Source: an uncultured Nitrososphaerota archaeon (GTDB lineage: Archaea; Thermoproteota; Nitrososphaeria; Conexivisphaerales; DTJL01). Taken from it: a stretch of 64,000 nt of DNA. Every line of letters begins with the position of its first letter. Position 1 is the stretch's first letter. Made by a program: the position numbers and the translations under genes. This document shows positions 51,690 to 62,858 of the stretch, piece after piece. Under the pieces are notes generated by a model. That model was not told the DNA's origin, did not search any database, and saw only the letters and a list, made by a program, of their open reading frames with translations. The stretch is from the NCBI GenBank assembly GCA_963842885.1, contig CAWJIE010000002.1, forward strand, positions 222,020 through 286,019. Reading direction: 5' to 3'.

Positions 51690-51846
51690 CAGAAGCAGGA
51701 GAAAGCCGACGTCATTAAAACCTATCGAATCTTGGAGCCCAGCGGAACTCGACCGCCACGCACTCCCGTTCGGCGAGCGTGCATCTCACGATGGAGGACT
51801 CACCGTAGGGAGGAGGAATAAGAAAAAGGGGGGTCAGGAAGGAGTA

Positions 51847-54461
51847 CTACTTCTTCCTGATTAGTATGACGATTTCGAGTACTACTGCGATCGCAACGAG
51901 GATTATGGCTATGTACAGTACGGTTGTCATCGTGCCGAGGTTAGCAGTGTTGCTGTTGATGGTGTTGACTGTCGATGTCTGCGAGGTTACCTGCCCACTA
52001 AGCGTGGCAACGTTGCCGGAGAGCGTCGAGACTTGGCTCGAGACTCCGCCGACAGCCGTGTTGACTCCACCTACCGCCGTATTGACGCCGGCCACGGCCG
52101 TGGTCAGGCTCGCGAACGAGGCGCTGTCGCTGGAACCCAGGCTGGTGATGGCCGCGTTCACCGAAGTGAACCCGGTGTTCATCGAAGACTGGAGTCCGCT
52201 AACAGCAGTGCTCACTCCCGACACCTGCGTGCTCAGCGATGTGACGGACGTGGAGAGCGCAGTCAGAGATGACTGGATGGCGTTGACGGTGGTCGTGAGG
52301 CTGCTCACGCTTGTGGCAAGGTTGCTCACCGAGGTCTGTAGGGTGGTCATGCTGGTGCTAAGCCCACTCAGCTGGGAGAGTATCTCCGAGCCTTCGTAGG
52401 TTGAGCCGGTCACCGACAGCATGAACGTTGCCTTCAGCGCGGCCGGGTTGGTATCGAAGAGATATCCGTATTGCTCGTTGTCCGTGCTCACATCGAACAC
52501 TTGTACGACGTGAATCATCGGGACACCGGCTGCGACGAAGGATGAGCTCCATTGACCAGTCGCGTTGGCAATGTCCCAACCATCGGTGTCGTCCTGTGAG
52601 AAGAGTTGGTAGGAGGCCTGCAGCGTCGGTATGTTGTCGTAGACTATAGCTGGTGCCGCATAGTAGGTGCCAAAGACTGCCTCTAGATAGTCATATAGAT
52701 AGTAATCTAGTGTGTAACCACTGTACCAAGGAAATGCGCTGTAGTCGTATCCCCAGATGTGGCCTGTGCCTAGTCCCTCGCCTGTGATTGTAACTATTGT
52801 TCCGACGGCCGCTGTAGTAGTGCTGATGGCGTATGAATCATTGACCCAGAAGCTCACAACCGCGTATGAGCCCAATATTGGATCTGGACTACCCGGAGCT
52901 GGCGCTCCACCGTCAGTCGTCGGCACAGCTTCCAAACCAGTTGTGTTGGCATATATGAAGTGCCAACCTCCGAATGTCTCTGGGATAGTGAACGGGGCCG
53001 TTGTGAACCCGCCCAACAGTGAAGTGGTCATGTTAGCGATCAGGACGAAGTCGTTCAGGTCTCCGTCGTCGAATCTGAATGTGTTGACGATGCCCAAGAA
53101 GTAGACGGTCACAGTTGTGTTGGAGTCGAATCCCCAGCCCTGGACCCTGATACTAGTTGTGGGGTTGCTGCATGTTCCGCTTGAAGGAGTTACTGCCAGC
53201 GAGGTCTCTACGTAGATAGTGAAGTTCCAGTCCCAAGAGTTGTCCACGAAGGATATCATGTGATATCCCACGGGCAGGTCCGGAACTGTGAATGATGCAT
53301 TGAAGTAGCCCATAGCGTTGACGGGACTTATGAACGTGAGCGGCATTGCTACTTGGCCGGCTAGTCCGTAGTCCGCGAATGCTGTAACCGTTCCTGAGGA
53401 GTAGAAGTCGGTGCCATTGACCATGATCGTCCCTAGCACGACAGCGTCGACCTCCGCAGTGGTCATGCCGTTGGGGGTGCTATCGTAAGGACCGGATGTC
53501 GCCGAGTCTATGTTGTAGCCTGTGTTGTCAAAGGACCATATGTTGTAGAACGCCCTTCCGATGTAGTTGATGTTGGCGAACAGGTCAAGAGATGGAACTA
53601 AAGCAGGTAGGTGGCCGGTAGTGGTGTTGAAGGCCTCGACGTAGGGGGTGTAGGTTGCAGCGGCAAATGGATTGTTATCTAGCTTGCCCTCGTCAGGCAT
53701 CTTGAAGGTCCAGCTGAAGGCTCCGTTTACGGGGGTCACGATAGTGCTCATGTAGAATGCGTCATTGAAGTGATACACAGTGATGTTCACTAAACTGGGA
53801 GTACCCCATGCGGCGCCTGTCACAGTGACGGGGTATCCAGCCGGATACCCTATGCCTGTGCTCATGTCCGGGCTCACGTATATGTTAGGTAGGATGTCCA
53901 CCTGTTGGGAGGAGACCGCCACGGCTCCCGAGGAGCCGTCGAAGACCTTGATGAAGTAGTCGCCTCCGATTACGTTGAATGGAACTGCGCCGATCACCAA
54001 GTAGTCGGTGCCAGTATAGCCGTAGTAGAAGGTTGGAGACGTCCCGTTCTGCCAGATCGAGCCTGCGAACTGCACTTGAGTGAGTGGGCCAAGCGCTTCC
54101 AAGTTGGCTACGTAGAAGTTACCCGTGTAGACAATGTCGCTGGATTGAATGCTCGCCCCTCCAAGGGTGGAGAGGTACAGCGAGAAGACGCCGCCTGAGA
54201 AGTCAACCCCACTGAATTCTATTGCGAAATAGGATGGAGTGCTGGGTAGAGCCCCCCGTCTTGGCTATATGCATTCCAGTCTCCGGCGCGCACGCCTACG
54301 GTGTATGTCGCTGGGTAGTAGGTAATGCCGCTGGTTAGAGCGTTTGTAGTTCCAAGGGTCGGATGACCCGTGGAAGCGTGAACTGGGATTACTGCCATTG
54401 TGCTGAATAGGAAAAGTACGATCAGTAGTAAGCTCTTATATGATTTCGTGTCTGTTTTCAC
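51847..54461 (-). CDS. Large surface/S-layer-like glycoprotein with C-terminal coiled-coil stalk and TM anchor (frameshift near 54245)
   Basis: Signal peptide (..IPVHA) in 54219-54461 joins the long frame; Ser/Thr-rich heptads; YIAIILVAIAVVLEIVILIRKK; lower GC by eye. Confidence 0.7.
52045..52105 (-). repeat. Degenerate 21-bp tandem repeat encoding (TAVxGVN) heptads
   Basis: TAVAGVN-TAVGGVN-TAVGGVS in the stalk. Confidence 0.6.
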
Positions 54462-54581
54462 CTTATCGTAAGCCTAACTACCCTGCGGACTCCTTATAAT
54501 ACTTGTGAACAAAAGTTCTAACACATTTGTCTAATCCCCTTATATCACAGCTTATAAGGGGACCCCTCCCAATCCGTCTCA

Positions 54582-55091
54582 TTGAAGCAATACCGCTCTC
54601 GCCTGGATATCATCGCGAACATCCTCGAGAGCGCACAGGGGGGAGGTGCCAAGCTCACCAAGTTGCTCTACGGCTCCTCCCTTTCATCCAAGAGGATGCA
54701 GCAGCTCCTTCCGCTGCTCATCGCCTCCGGCCTCATCGAGAGGAGGGAGGACGGCTTCGCCACGACGGACAAGGGAAGACGGTATACCAGGGTCTACCAT
54801 GAGCTGATCTCCCTGGTGTCGATGGGCTCTCCTGGGTTCACGATCCTTGACCCTGCCCTGGTGCAGAAGGCTTCGGATTCCGTCGAGTCCGCGAGGAAGA
54901 TGGACAGGGAAAGGGGGACGCTGGTCCTGCAGGGAAAGACCAGCCCTGTACTGCAGGCGGCCGCATACTACATACTGGCCAAGCGCGAAGAGATGCCCTT
55001 CACCCTCTACGACGCCTCAAGGCTCTTCGGGGTTTCCATCACGCCGGTCAGCAAGGCCAGGAAGCTCCTCGAGGAGCTACTCCCCTCCTAG
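54582..55091 (+). CDS. wHTH regulator fused to a TFIIB/TFB cyclin-like repeat
   Basis: RSRLDIIANIL..TKLLY..T.KG (archaeal wHTH) plus GKTSPVLQAAAYYI..TLYDASRLFGVS..VSK (TFB repeat). Confidence 0.7.
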   Translation: MKQYRSRLDIIANILESAQGGGAKLTKLLYGSSLSSKRMQQLLPLLIASGLIERREDGFATTDKGRRYTRVYHELISLVSMGSPGFTILDPALVQKASDSVESARKMDRERGTLVLQGKTSPVLQAAAYYILAKREEMPFTLYDASRLFGVSITPVSKARKLLEELLPS

Positions 55092-55164
55092 GTTCGTCAT
55101 CCTCCTTCGTCCAAGCCCGCGGCTGGAAAGAAGAAAACGAAAAAAACGTTGAGGTTTTGTAGTC

Positions 55165-58100
55165 TTACATTGACACGATGAAGATGAACGAGAGTGTGTT
55201 GCTACTGTGGAGTATAGACGCCTGGTAGTAGTACATCCGGCCGACGTTCAGCTTGTAGGTCCAGGAGCTCGCGTAGCCCCAGCTGCAGGAACCTGACGTA
55301 GGCTTGACACTGAGGTAGAAGGTGGAGCTTGCAGACAGTACGACCGGGGTAGGCAGCGTTATGTTGTACCATCCCGCGGCGGAGGTGGAGATGGAGGTCG
55401 TGTACAAGGAGGTGCCGAACATCGTAGTCCCCAGTGAGACCTGCACAGTGCCGGTGCCCGAGAGGTAGACCTTGATGACCTTTGCAGTTTCAGCCGAGCT
55501 GTTGGTCGTGAACACCTGGGACCCTCCAAGAGGTACGGAGAGCCAGGAAGGCGAGGATGTCTGAGCCGTGGCTATCACTCCAGGCAGTGTGGTGACGTTG
55601 AACTGGGCGGAGGCCTCGTAGTTGAGCTCGTCCCAGGCCGTTACGATGTAGACGCACGGAGCTGGCGCGTTAGCGGGGATAGTCAAGGTCTTCGTGAAGC
55701 CGTAGTTCCCGTTGGTGTAAGTGTAGCCCACGTAAGAGTTGTTCAAGTACAGCCATATTTCGCCCGGATTGAAGCTGTAGCCCGTTACGACTAACGACGT
55801 TCCGGCAAGGCCTGACGCGGGGGTAAGGGTGATGGCCGGAGCTATGTAAAGGGATGTCATGCCAAGTATGTTGTAGTCGTCCCACACAGCAATCTCTGAG
55901 CTGGACGCCGGCTCCGGGGGTATGGTGAGCGTGTAGGAGAAGCCGCCCGTGGAGTTGGTCTCTACATCGAAGTAACCACCGTTGTAGTCAGTCCACACGG
56001 TGACATACTCGGTCGGGTAGTAGCCGATTCCCTGCAGGAGCACGTTGCTCCCTGAGTGGGCAGTGGTGGTATTGAGGAAGAGCTGGCCGCTATCGCTCAG
56101 GGTGGCGGTGTTGCTATCATAGCCGCTCCCTTCGTCGTATGCGTAGAGGTAGAAGGTGTCGCCAGGATACCAGTTAATTGGTTCGGGGAGCACGAAGGTG
56201 CCATCGGTGCCAGCCGTAGTACTATAGAAGAAGGTCCAGGTCGGATACATGCCACTTGTGTCCTCTCCGTAGATGCTTACGCTGCCCGAGGGCGTGAACG
56301 CGAAGCCATTGATATTGTAGTACTCCGTGGTGCCGTTGGCGAAGAAGTTCGCAGGCGTCAGGGTGATGGTTGGATAGTAGTAGAAGCCCAGGACGTCGCT
56401 GATGAGCGAAGGCAGGTTGGGCGTTCCCAGGCCTGTGACGAGGTCGTATCCCACGCCGGCGCTGTAGCCGATCGGTTGGTCTGGTGCTTCCCACCATGCG
56501 TAGTCGCCCTGGTTGTTGCCCACCGTCACGTCGTACCAGTCACTCGCGTACGTAGAGCCGTACGTAAAGAAGTATAGGGCGTTGGCTATTGCTCCTGCGG
56601 GTACTAGGTGGTCGGCAGACAGGGCCGCGTCGACGAGGGCGACCATGCCTCCCCATTCGGGGGATCCTACGCTCGTCCCTCCCACATCCCAGAAGTCTCC
56701 ATAGTACACTATGAAGACGCCCGTCTCTGGGTCGGCGATTGCTGCGACGTCAGGAACTCCCCTGGCTGTCAACCCTGTTGTAAGGTACTGTCCAATGTTC
56801 GACTCGAAGTAATCGCTTTCTCCGCCACCAGTGGCCCATCCGTTGAAGATGCTCCAGCTCCATGTGCTTTCGAAGACCCTCCCTCCTCCCGTAGAGTACG
56901 GGGGAACTCCTGTCACGGAGTCCACCCTCTGGAAGAAGGCGGTGGTGCCTCCCACAGACAGGACCCAGGGGTCCGAGGCCGGGTAGCCCACGTTCAGGAA
57001 GCCTAGGCCGTTGGCGCCTCCGTCGTCACCCGATGAGGCTATGGGAGTTATGCCCTCCATGGCAGCGCACTGGTATATCTCGTCCACGGCGAAGATTATC
57101 CCGGGGGTCATGAATGGCTCGGGGGATGACCAGCTCTGGGAAATCACCTGTGCGAAGGACGGTCCCTGTGACACGATCCAGTCGACTGCCTGGAAGAGCG
57201 AGTCGTAGGCGTCTACCGATAGGACGAGGGCGATGGACGCGCCCGGCGCAAGGGCGTGTGACTGCTGCAGGTCCAGCGTGGTCTCGAAGTCCCATCCGGT
57301 GATTTCGCCCGAGTACAGGGCGGGAACACCAGTGGGGGTGTACACGTTGACCACCGGGTCTGGTAGATAGTTCCAGGAATCGTAGTTGTAGAGGTCGTTG
57401 ACGGCGTTGACCGCGTCATAAGCGTCCACGATGGCGATGGTGGTGCCGCTCCCGATGTTACCCCCGGCGTAAACTGTGGAGGCACCGTAGGCCTCCTCGA
57501 TCTGCTGGGGGTAGTATATTCCGCCGGCCAAGCCCGTGGTCATATCGCTCCTGTTGGCCGCCTGTCCGAGCTCCGTGGCACCGACGTAATCGGGCGTGAA
57601 GAGCGAGAAGTTGGTTAGGCCGAACACCGCCGCCACCTTCAGGGTGGAAGGCAGCTGCACGGCCTGTGTGTTGACGAAGAAGGTGCTATTGCTGCCCTTG
57701 AAGAGCTCGAACTGTGTGTGAAGCGCTGAGCCGACCGCGACAGCGGTGCCCTGCGCTCCGATCATGAGCCTATCGCTGCTGGTGTAGGTTACGGTCAGGC
57801 CGTTCGAGGTGAGGTAATCGACTATCGCTTGGTAGTCGCTCTGCAGAGGTGCAAACTGAGCCTGCAACTGTGCCGGGGTCAGATAGTGCATGAAGTTGGA
57901 AGAGTTCCTGTCGTAGATGGACTTGAGGTAAGATGTAAACGCTGCTTCATTGCGCAATGGCAGCATTATGCTGAAACTCACTGGAACGCTAGAGGTTAGG
58001 CTGCCCGCTGCCTTAGATCCGTTCGTGACCGGGAGGACGCTCCCGGCTATTGTGGCTAGAGGGGTCTGCGACCCACTCACTCCACTCGAGGTTCCCGATA

Positions 58101-58209
58101 GGAGGGAGTAGGTCACGCTTCCGCTAGTGGCGGACAATGCCAGAATTGCTAGAAGGAATACGGATGTCAATGATACAACGAGCTTTCTTGAGAATCTCAT
58201 TGCGAACAC
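55165..58209 (-). CDS. S53 sedolisin/kumamolisin-family protease with prodomain and C-terminal beta-sandwich repeats
   Basis: Prodomain HYLTP..F; catalytic E..LD (ETTLD), SSGDDG, GGTS..SP; GYDLVTGLGTP. Confidence 0.92.
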   Translation of the reverse strand: MFAMRFSRKLVVSLTSVFLLAILALSATSGSVTYSLLSGTSSGVSGSQTPLATIAGSVLPVTNGSKAAGSLTSSVPVSFSIMLPLRNEAAFTSYLKSIYDRNSSNFMHYLTPAQLQAQFAPLQSDYQAIVDYLTSNGLTVTYTSSDRLMIGAQGTAVAVGSALHTQFELFKGSNSTFFVNTQAVQLPSTLKVAAVFGLTNFSLFTPDYVGATELGQAANRSDMTTGLAGGIYYPQQIEEAYGASTVYAGGNIGSGTTIAIVDAYDAVNAVNDLYNYDSWNYLPDPVVNVYTPTGVPALYSGEITGWDFETTLDLQQSHALAPGASIALVLSVDAYDSLFQAVDWIVSQGPSFAQVISQSWSSPEPFMTPGIIFAVDEIYQCAAMEGITPIASSGDDGGANGLGFLNVGYPASDPWVLSVGGTTAFFQRVDSVTGVPPYSTGGGRVFESTWSWSIFNGWATGGGESDYFESNIGQYLTTGLTARGVPDVAAIADPETGVFIVYYGDFWDVGGTSVGSPEWGGMVALVDAALSADHLVPAGAIANALYFFTYGSTYASDWYDVTVGNNQGDYAWWEAPDQPIGYSAGVGYDLVTGLGTPNLPSLISDVLGFYYYPTITLTPANFFANGTTEYYNINGFAFTPSGSVSIYGEDTSGMYPTWTFFYSTTAGTDGTFVLPEPINWYPGDTFYLYAYDEGSGYDSNTATLSDSGQLFLNTTTAHSGSNVLLQGIGYYPTEYVTVWTDYNGGYFDVETNSTGGFSYTLTIPPEPASSSEIAVWDDYNILGMTSLYIAPAITLTPASGLAGTSLVVTGYSFNPGEIWLYLNNSYVGYTYTNGNYGFTKTLTIPANAPAPCVYIVTAWDELNYEASAQFNVTTLPGVIATAQTSSPSWLSVPLGGSQVFTTNSSAETAKVIKVYLSGTGTVQVSLGTTMFGTSLYTTSISTSAAGWYNITLPTPVVLSASSTFYLSVKPTSGSCSWGYASSWTYKLNVGRMYYYQASILHSSNTLSFIFIVSM

Positions 58210-58594
58210 ATGGTGCTTCAGGGAGCATAAAAAGCCTTTGTTGAGGATTCCATTGCAAACTCATGGCGCCTAAGGGGATATGACTTTAGATAATATGAGA
58301 ATCCTTTGGAGCCCATGCCACCAATCTATTGCGGAGAGTAAGAGCCCCTTTGGGCATCTCTTGACAGTGCTTAGGGTAAGTCTCCAGTCCTGGCAAGGAG
58401 AGAAGTCCTCGTCGGCGAGCGACTGGCGAGTGGCTTGGCCGCTTGGCCGTTCTTTCGCGGGGAACGCACCTCTTGGAAGGCCAGAGCTGTCGCTTCAAGT
58501 GGGCCAATCAAGGGGCCGTTCAAGAAGTTGTATGCCGTAGAGAGGGCCGTTCAAAAACGTAATACTATATCCTGCCCTGGGCGTCACTGTTGGT

Positions 58595-59792
58595 ATGAGC
58601 AGCAGAAACCGCGTCCTTTTCTCGGGCTTGATGGCGGTGATCCTGGCCGCCGTCATCATAGGGGCTTCCAGCTACGCAGGGTATCTCCCCGTCGCCACCC
58701 AGAACTCCACGGGCGGGAGAGGGGGCGCGGGTAGTCAGGGAGGGACCTCTCCGCAGGGGACCTACGGGACGCTTTCAATCCTAGTTACAGACCCTCCTCA
58801 GGTCCCCGAGGGAGTAACAGCCGTCTACATAACCTACGATGAGCTGGCCGTGCACTCCGCCGCCAGCGACCTCTACCATGGATGGATTCGAGCTCAACGT
58901 CTCGGGGACAATCGAGTCCATGGGCTTGGTCAACGTAAGCCAGACCATCGCTGCTGCGCAGCTCCCCGCCGGAAGCTACGACTTGGTGAGGTTCAACGTT
59001 TCGAGCGTCATGGTGACCTACGACAACCTGACCTATTCGGCGGAACTTTCGTCTCACACCTTCATCGCCACCTTCGTCGGGGGCCTCCAGGTGAATAGCT
59101 CTCAGGCAAGCGCCGCGCTGGTAAACATCGAGCCGATGGTTCTCAACGTGGGGTCGGCGTCCGCCCCCCAGTTCGTCTTTCGTATGACCCTCAATGCCCT
59201 GGTCTTAGCCCGATACTACGTCAACTCCGATTTGATGCAACCCGGATTCCGAATGGACCTCGGCAACATGTCGTGGTACGAAGGCTTTAGCTCCAACGCG
59301 ACGCGGAGCCTGACGATAGGCTCGGCGACCTTGACTAACGAATCCCTGTCGGTCACCGTAACCAATTCGGGTAACGTGACGCAGACCGTGGAGTTGGTAG
59401 TCGTGACGCCGGCTCTCTATGCCACGGGGCCACCGGGCATGCAGCCGATGTACCGGCTCCCAGCCTTCTATGGCTCAATAGTGTTCGCCGTCGAACCCAA
59501 CGGCAGCCTTCAGCCCATTTCCATGGGGACGCCGCAGCTGGGGGTGGCGTCCGCCATCGCCTCCTGGCTTGGGCGAGGCGACTTCAATCTGACGGCTGGC
59601 GGCTCTGCGACGTTCTCCTACCAAGGAGCACTTCCACTTACGTCCGACCCCACCGGCCTGGGGATGGGCATGGGCGGCGGTAACCTGACGGTCACTCAGC
59701 CGGGAGGGGGCACGACCTCGCCCACCGTCTACGAGATAACGGTCATCGGCGATACGGCGTCAGCCAGTATCTCGGTCAATGTCCTGGGCTAG
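58595..59792 (+). CDS. DUF4382-like membrane-anchored extracellular protein (frameshift near 58887)
   Basis: GTLSILVTDPPQVP..AVYITY..VH, LPAGSYDLVRF. Confidence 0.75.
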
Positions 59793-60028
59793 GGCCCCTT
59801 TCGCTCCGAACTACATGATCCGCCGCCGAGCCCCGTCAGAGGAGGCGGGAGGGTCCACAGCAGTTTTCGCGCTTCCGTGCCATTCACACCAAGTGCAACC
59901 CTGGTCAGTACGACCATGGTCCACGTGCAGCCGGCCGTCCTAATTTATTGGTCATCCTTTATCTTAAGTAATAGAAATCACATTTATAAGGAGGCTTTCT
60001 TACTGGTAAAGGTGGAGAGGATACCATA

Positions 60029-60487
60029 GTGAACAAATTCGACGATATCGACATGAAGATACTCAGGGAGCTGGTCATTGACGCTGGGCAGTCGGTTCCC
60101 AAGCTGAGCAAGAAGATCCAGGTCAATCCATCTGTAACTTACAGCCGGATCAAGAGGCTGTCCAAGAAGGGCCTCATCAAGAATTTCACGGTCGCGGTCA
60201 ACGAGGACCTCCTCGGCTGGAAGGTCTTGGCCTACGTGGGTGTGAATTCTGACGCCAAGGAACGGGACGCCGTGCTGAAGGCGCTCCTCGACGAACCCGA
60301 AGTGCGCGAAGTCGCCGAAGTGACCGGGAGGTTCGACTTCCTGGTGACGATCAAGTCGAGGAGCCTAGAGGAGCTGCACAACGCCGTCTCCAGCAAGATG
60401 GGCAACATCAGCGGGGTCCAGCACACGGAGACCTTCATAGCGATGAGGACCGGCGTAAAGCCGCCGACCTACGCATCCACCGGCTAG
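60029..60487 (+). CDS. Lrp/AsnC family transcriptional regulator
   Basis: DDIDMKIL..RIKRL..GLI, EVTGRFD, TETFI. Confidence 0.93.
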   Translation: MNKFDDIDMKILRELVIDAGQSVPKLSKKIQVNPSVTYSRIKRLSKKGLIKNFTVAVNEDLLGWKVLAYVGVNSDAKERDAVLKALLDEPEVREVAEVTGRFDFLVTIKSRSLEELHNAVSSKMGNISGVQHTETFIAMRTGVKPPTYASTG

Positions 60488-61731
60488 AGCAGGACCCTGT
60501 TCAGTTCACTCATCTTCGGCTCGATGGTGGGCACCGGGCCCACGAGTTTCCTCAGGGCCTCCACGTCCTTGAGGCCGGAGCCTGTGACGAGCACTACGAC
60601 CACGTCGTCCCTATCGATTGAGCCGACCTGCCGCAGCTTCCTGGCCCCTGCCAGGGCTGCCGCTCCGCTGGGTTCGGCGAAGACCCCTTCGCACCTGGCC
60701 AGGTCCCTGACGGCGTCAAGTATCTCCAAATCTTCCACGGTCTCTCCCTGACCCCGGGTCTTCGCGACCCCCTCCATGGCGCAGTCCGCGTCCCACGGGT
60801 AGGGGTCCTCCAGACCAGACGCGATCGTGTGGGGGTGCGGCTCGGCGACGACCTTCGACGCCGGGATGCCAGCCTTCAGGGCCCGCACGAGCGCCGAGTT
60901 CCCTGATGGCTGCACCGGGACGAGCCTGGGGTACTCCTCCGCCAGACCAGCCTCTCTCAGGTCCCTGACCCCCTTCCAAAGGCCGGCCAGGAGGCAGCTG
61001 GACCCGGTTGGCGCCAGGAGCCAATCGTAACCCTTCCACTCGAAATCCTCCGCCAGCTCGAACGGGATGGTCTTCGGTCCCTCCACCTGATACGGGTTGA
61101 AAGGCCCGAAGCTGGGGGAAGGGTACCAGCCCTTCCGTCGGACGGCCTCGCGCATCATCGTGACCGTCGGGTCCTCTCCACGTTCGATGCCGCGCACCTT
61201 GACGACCCGCGCGCCATAGAGGGCCAGCTGGGCCACCTTGGCGTCGCTGGCCGTGTCCAAGACGAACGCCACGACCTCCAGGCCCGCCCTGGCGGCGTAC
61301 GCGGAGAGGGCCGCTGCGGCGTTCCCGCTGCTGGCCGTCGTCAGGGTCTTCGCCTTCTTCTCCACGGCCTTGGCCACGCTTACAGCCATCGCCCTGTCCT
61401 TGAACGAGCCCGTGGGGTTCCTCGTTTCGTCCTTCAGGAGGAGGTTCGGGATGCCGATGAGCTCCCCAAGGCGGCGGGCCCTGATCAGGGGAGTGCCCCC
61501 TTCGCCCAGCCTCGCCGCGAACCTCTCTTCGGCGGGGAGGAGCTCGGCCCAGCGCCACACGTCCCTGGGCCTGGCTCCGAGTGAGCCCTTCGTAAGGGTC
61601 TCCTTCACCCCCTCGTAGTCGTATGAGATGTCCAGCCTCCCCAGATCGTCCTCATCGCACATCACCGGTATCGAACGGGGGTCGTACCGCGTGCCGCACC
61701 TTGAGCATTTCATCCCTGTGACTTGACTCAA
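60484..61731 (-). CDS. thrC: Threonine synthase-like PLP (fold II) enzyme
   Basis: LGEGGTPL, NPTGSFKDR, ASSGN, EPSGAA, VTGSGLKD. Confidence 0.8.
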   Translation of the reverse strand: MSQVTGMKCSRCGTRYDPRSIPVMCDEDDLGRLDISYDYEGVKETLTKGSLGARPRDVWRWAELLPAEERFAARLGEGGTPLIRARRLGELIGIPNLLLKDETRNPTGSFKDRAMAVSVAKAVEKKAKTLTTASSGNAAAALSAYAARAGLEVVAFVLDTASDAKVAQLALYGARVVKVRGIERGEDPTVTMMREAVRRKGWYPSPSFGPFNPYQVEGPKTIPFELAEDFEWKGYDWLLAPTGSSCLLAGLWKGVRDLREAGLAEEYPRLVPVQPSGNSALVRALKAGIPASKVVAEPHPHTIASGLEDPYPWDADCAMEGVAKTRGQGETVEDLEILDAVRDLARCEGVFAEPSGAAALAGARKLRQVGSIDRDDVVVVLVTGSGLKDVEALRKLVGPVPTIEPKMSELNRVLL

Positions 61732-61828
61732 TTCCTCACTGCCATGGTCGAGCCCCGCCCGATATTTACGTCTGCCAACCCGCGGAACGCTTAAAGTAGC
61801 GCGGCCTCTCCTTCGCTGCCGAGATACC

Positions 61829-62848
61829 TTGACGGGTGAGCTTCGGGGAAGGGACCTGCTGTCGACGCAGGACTGGACCAGGGACGAGCTGGCGCTTGCG
61901 ATAGACAAGGCGATCGAGATAAAGCGGCAGTATCGTGCGGGCACCGTGCCCGAGCTATTCAAGAACAGGACCATGTTCATGCTCTTCTACAACACCTCCA
62001 CGAGGACGCGCTCGAGCTTCGAGGCCGCGGCCACGCTGCTGGGAGGCCACGCCCAGTTCATCGACTTCGCCACGACACGGGGGTCGGAGGGCGAGGCGGT
62101 GAAGGACGTCGCCAGGATGTACGAGAGGCTGGGCCACGTCCTGGGGATCAGGGTCCTCGAGAACGCCGTCGACTTCCTCTACGGGAAGGGCCACCAGGTG
62201 ATCCAGGACTACGCGGACAACTGCGACATACCCACGGTTTCGATGGCGGACGACATGTTCCATCCGACTCAGGCCATAGCGGACATGATGACTCTGATGG
62301 AGAGGATGTCGGGGGACGTGAGGAAGAAGAAGTACGTCATCGCCTGGGCGTACAGCGACCACGTCCGCAGCTGGGGAAGCGTCCAGGACGAGGCCCTCAT
62401 CGCGTCGCGCTTCGGGATGGACGTCACGATGGCGTACCCTGAGGGATTCGACCTCGACCCCAGGATAATGGGGTGGGCGAAGGGGAACGCCTCCGACAGC
62501 GGCAGCGAGTTCACGGTCTCCCACGACCTCGACGAGGCGCTGAAGGGGGCTCACGTGGTCTTCCCCAGGAGCTGGGCCAGCCATGAGTGCACTTCGGTGG
62601 GGATGAACAGGTTCGGGAAGGAGAAGGAGGCCGAGCTCCACGCCAGGCACAAGGCGTGGATACTGGACAAGGGGAGGCTGGACCTGATGGACCGGGACGC
62701 CCTGGTGACGCACGTCCTCCCCGTCTTCAGGGGGCAGGAAGCCACTGACGAAGTCATGGACGGTCCCCACAGCGTCATCCTGGACCAGGCCGAGAACCTC
62801 CTCTACGTCAGGGCTGCGCTGCTGGCTCTCCTCTGCGGGACGCTATAG
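61829..62848 (+). CDS. Knotted-type carbamoyltransferase (YgeW/AOTCase-like)
   Basis: STRTR, HPTQ, WAYS, RFGMDVT.AYPEG.DL, RSWA, HVLP; lacks the classical OTCase SMG loop. Confidence 0.8.
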   Translation: MTGELRGRDLLSTQDWTRDELALAIDKAIEIKRQYRAGTVPELFKNRTMFMLFYNTSTRTRSSFEAAATLLGGHAQFIDFATTRGSEGEAVKDVARMYERLGHVLGIRVLENAVDFLYGKGHQVIQDYADNCDIPTVSMADDMFHPTQAIADMMTLMERMSGDVRKKKYVIAWAYSDHVRSWGSVQDEALIASRFGMDVTMAYPEGFDLDPRIMGWAKGNASDSGSEFTVSHDLDEALKGAHVVFPRSWASHECTSVGMNRFGKEKEAELHARHKAWILDKGRLDLMDRDALVTHVLPVFRGQEATDEVMDGPHSVILDQAENLLYVRAALLALLCGTL

Positions 62849-62858
62849 GGAAAGGGCA

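Noticed and set aside
58210-58594. Small ORFs or ncRNA in the lower-GC intergenic region
   Set aside because: No motif, convincing structure or repeat found; likely divergent promoter or spacer DNA.
61949-61958. CCCGAGCTAT match to the putative TnpB guide region in the carbamoyltransferase gene
   Set aside because: Only 9-10 nt match, which is plausible by chance in 64 kb of GC-rich DNA (although GTG lies just upstream).
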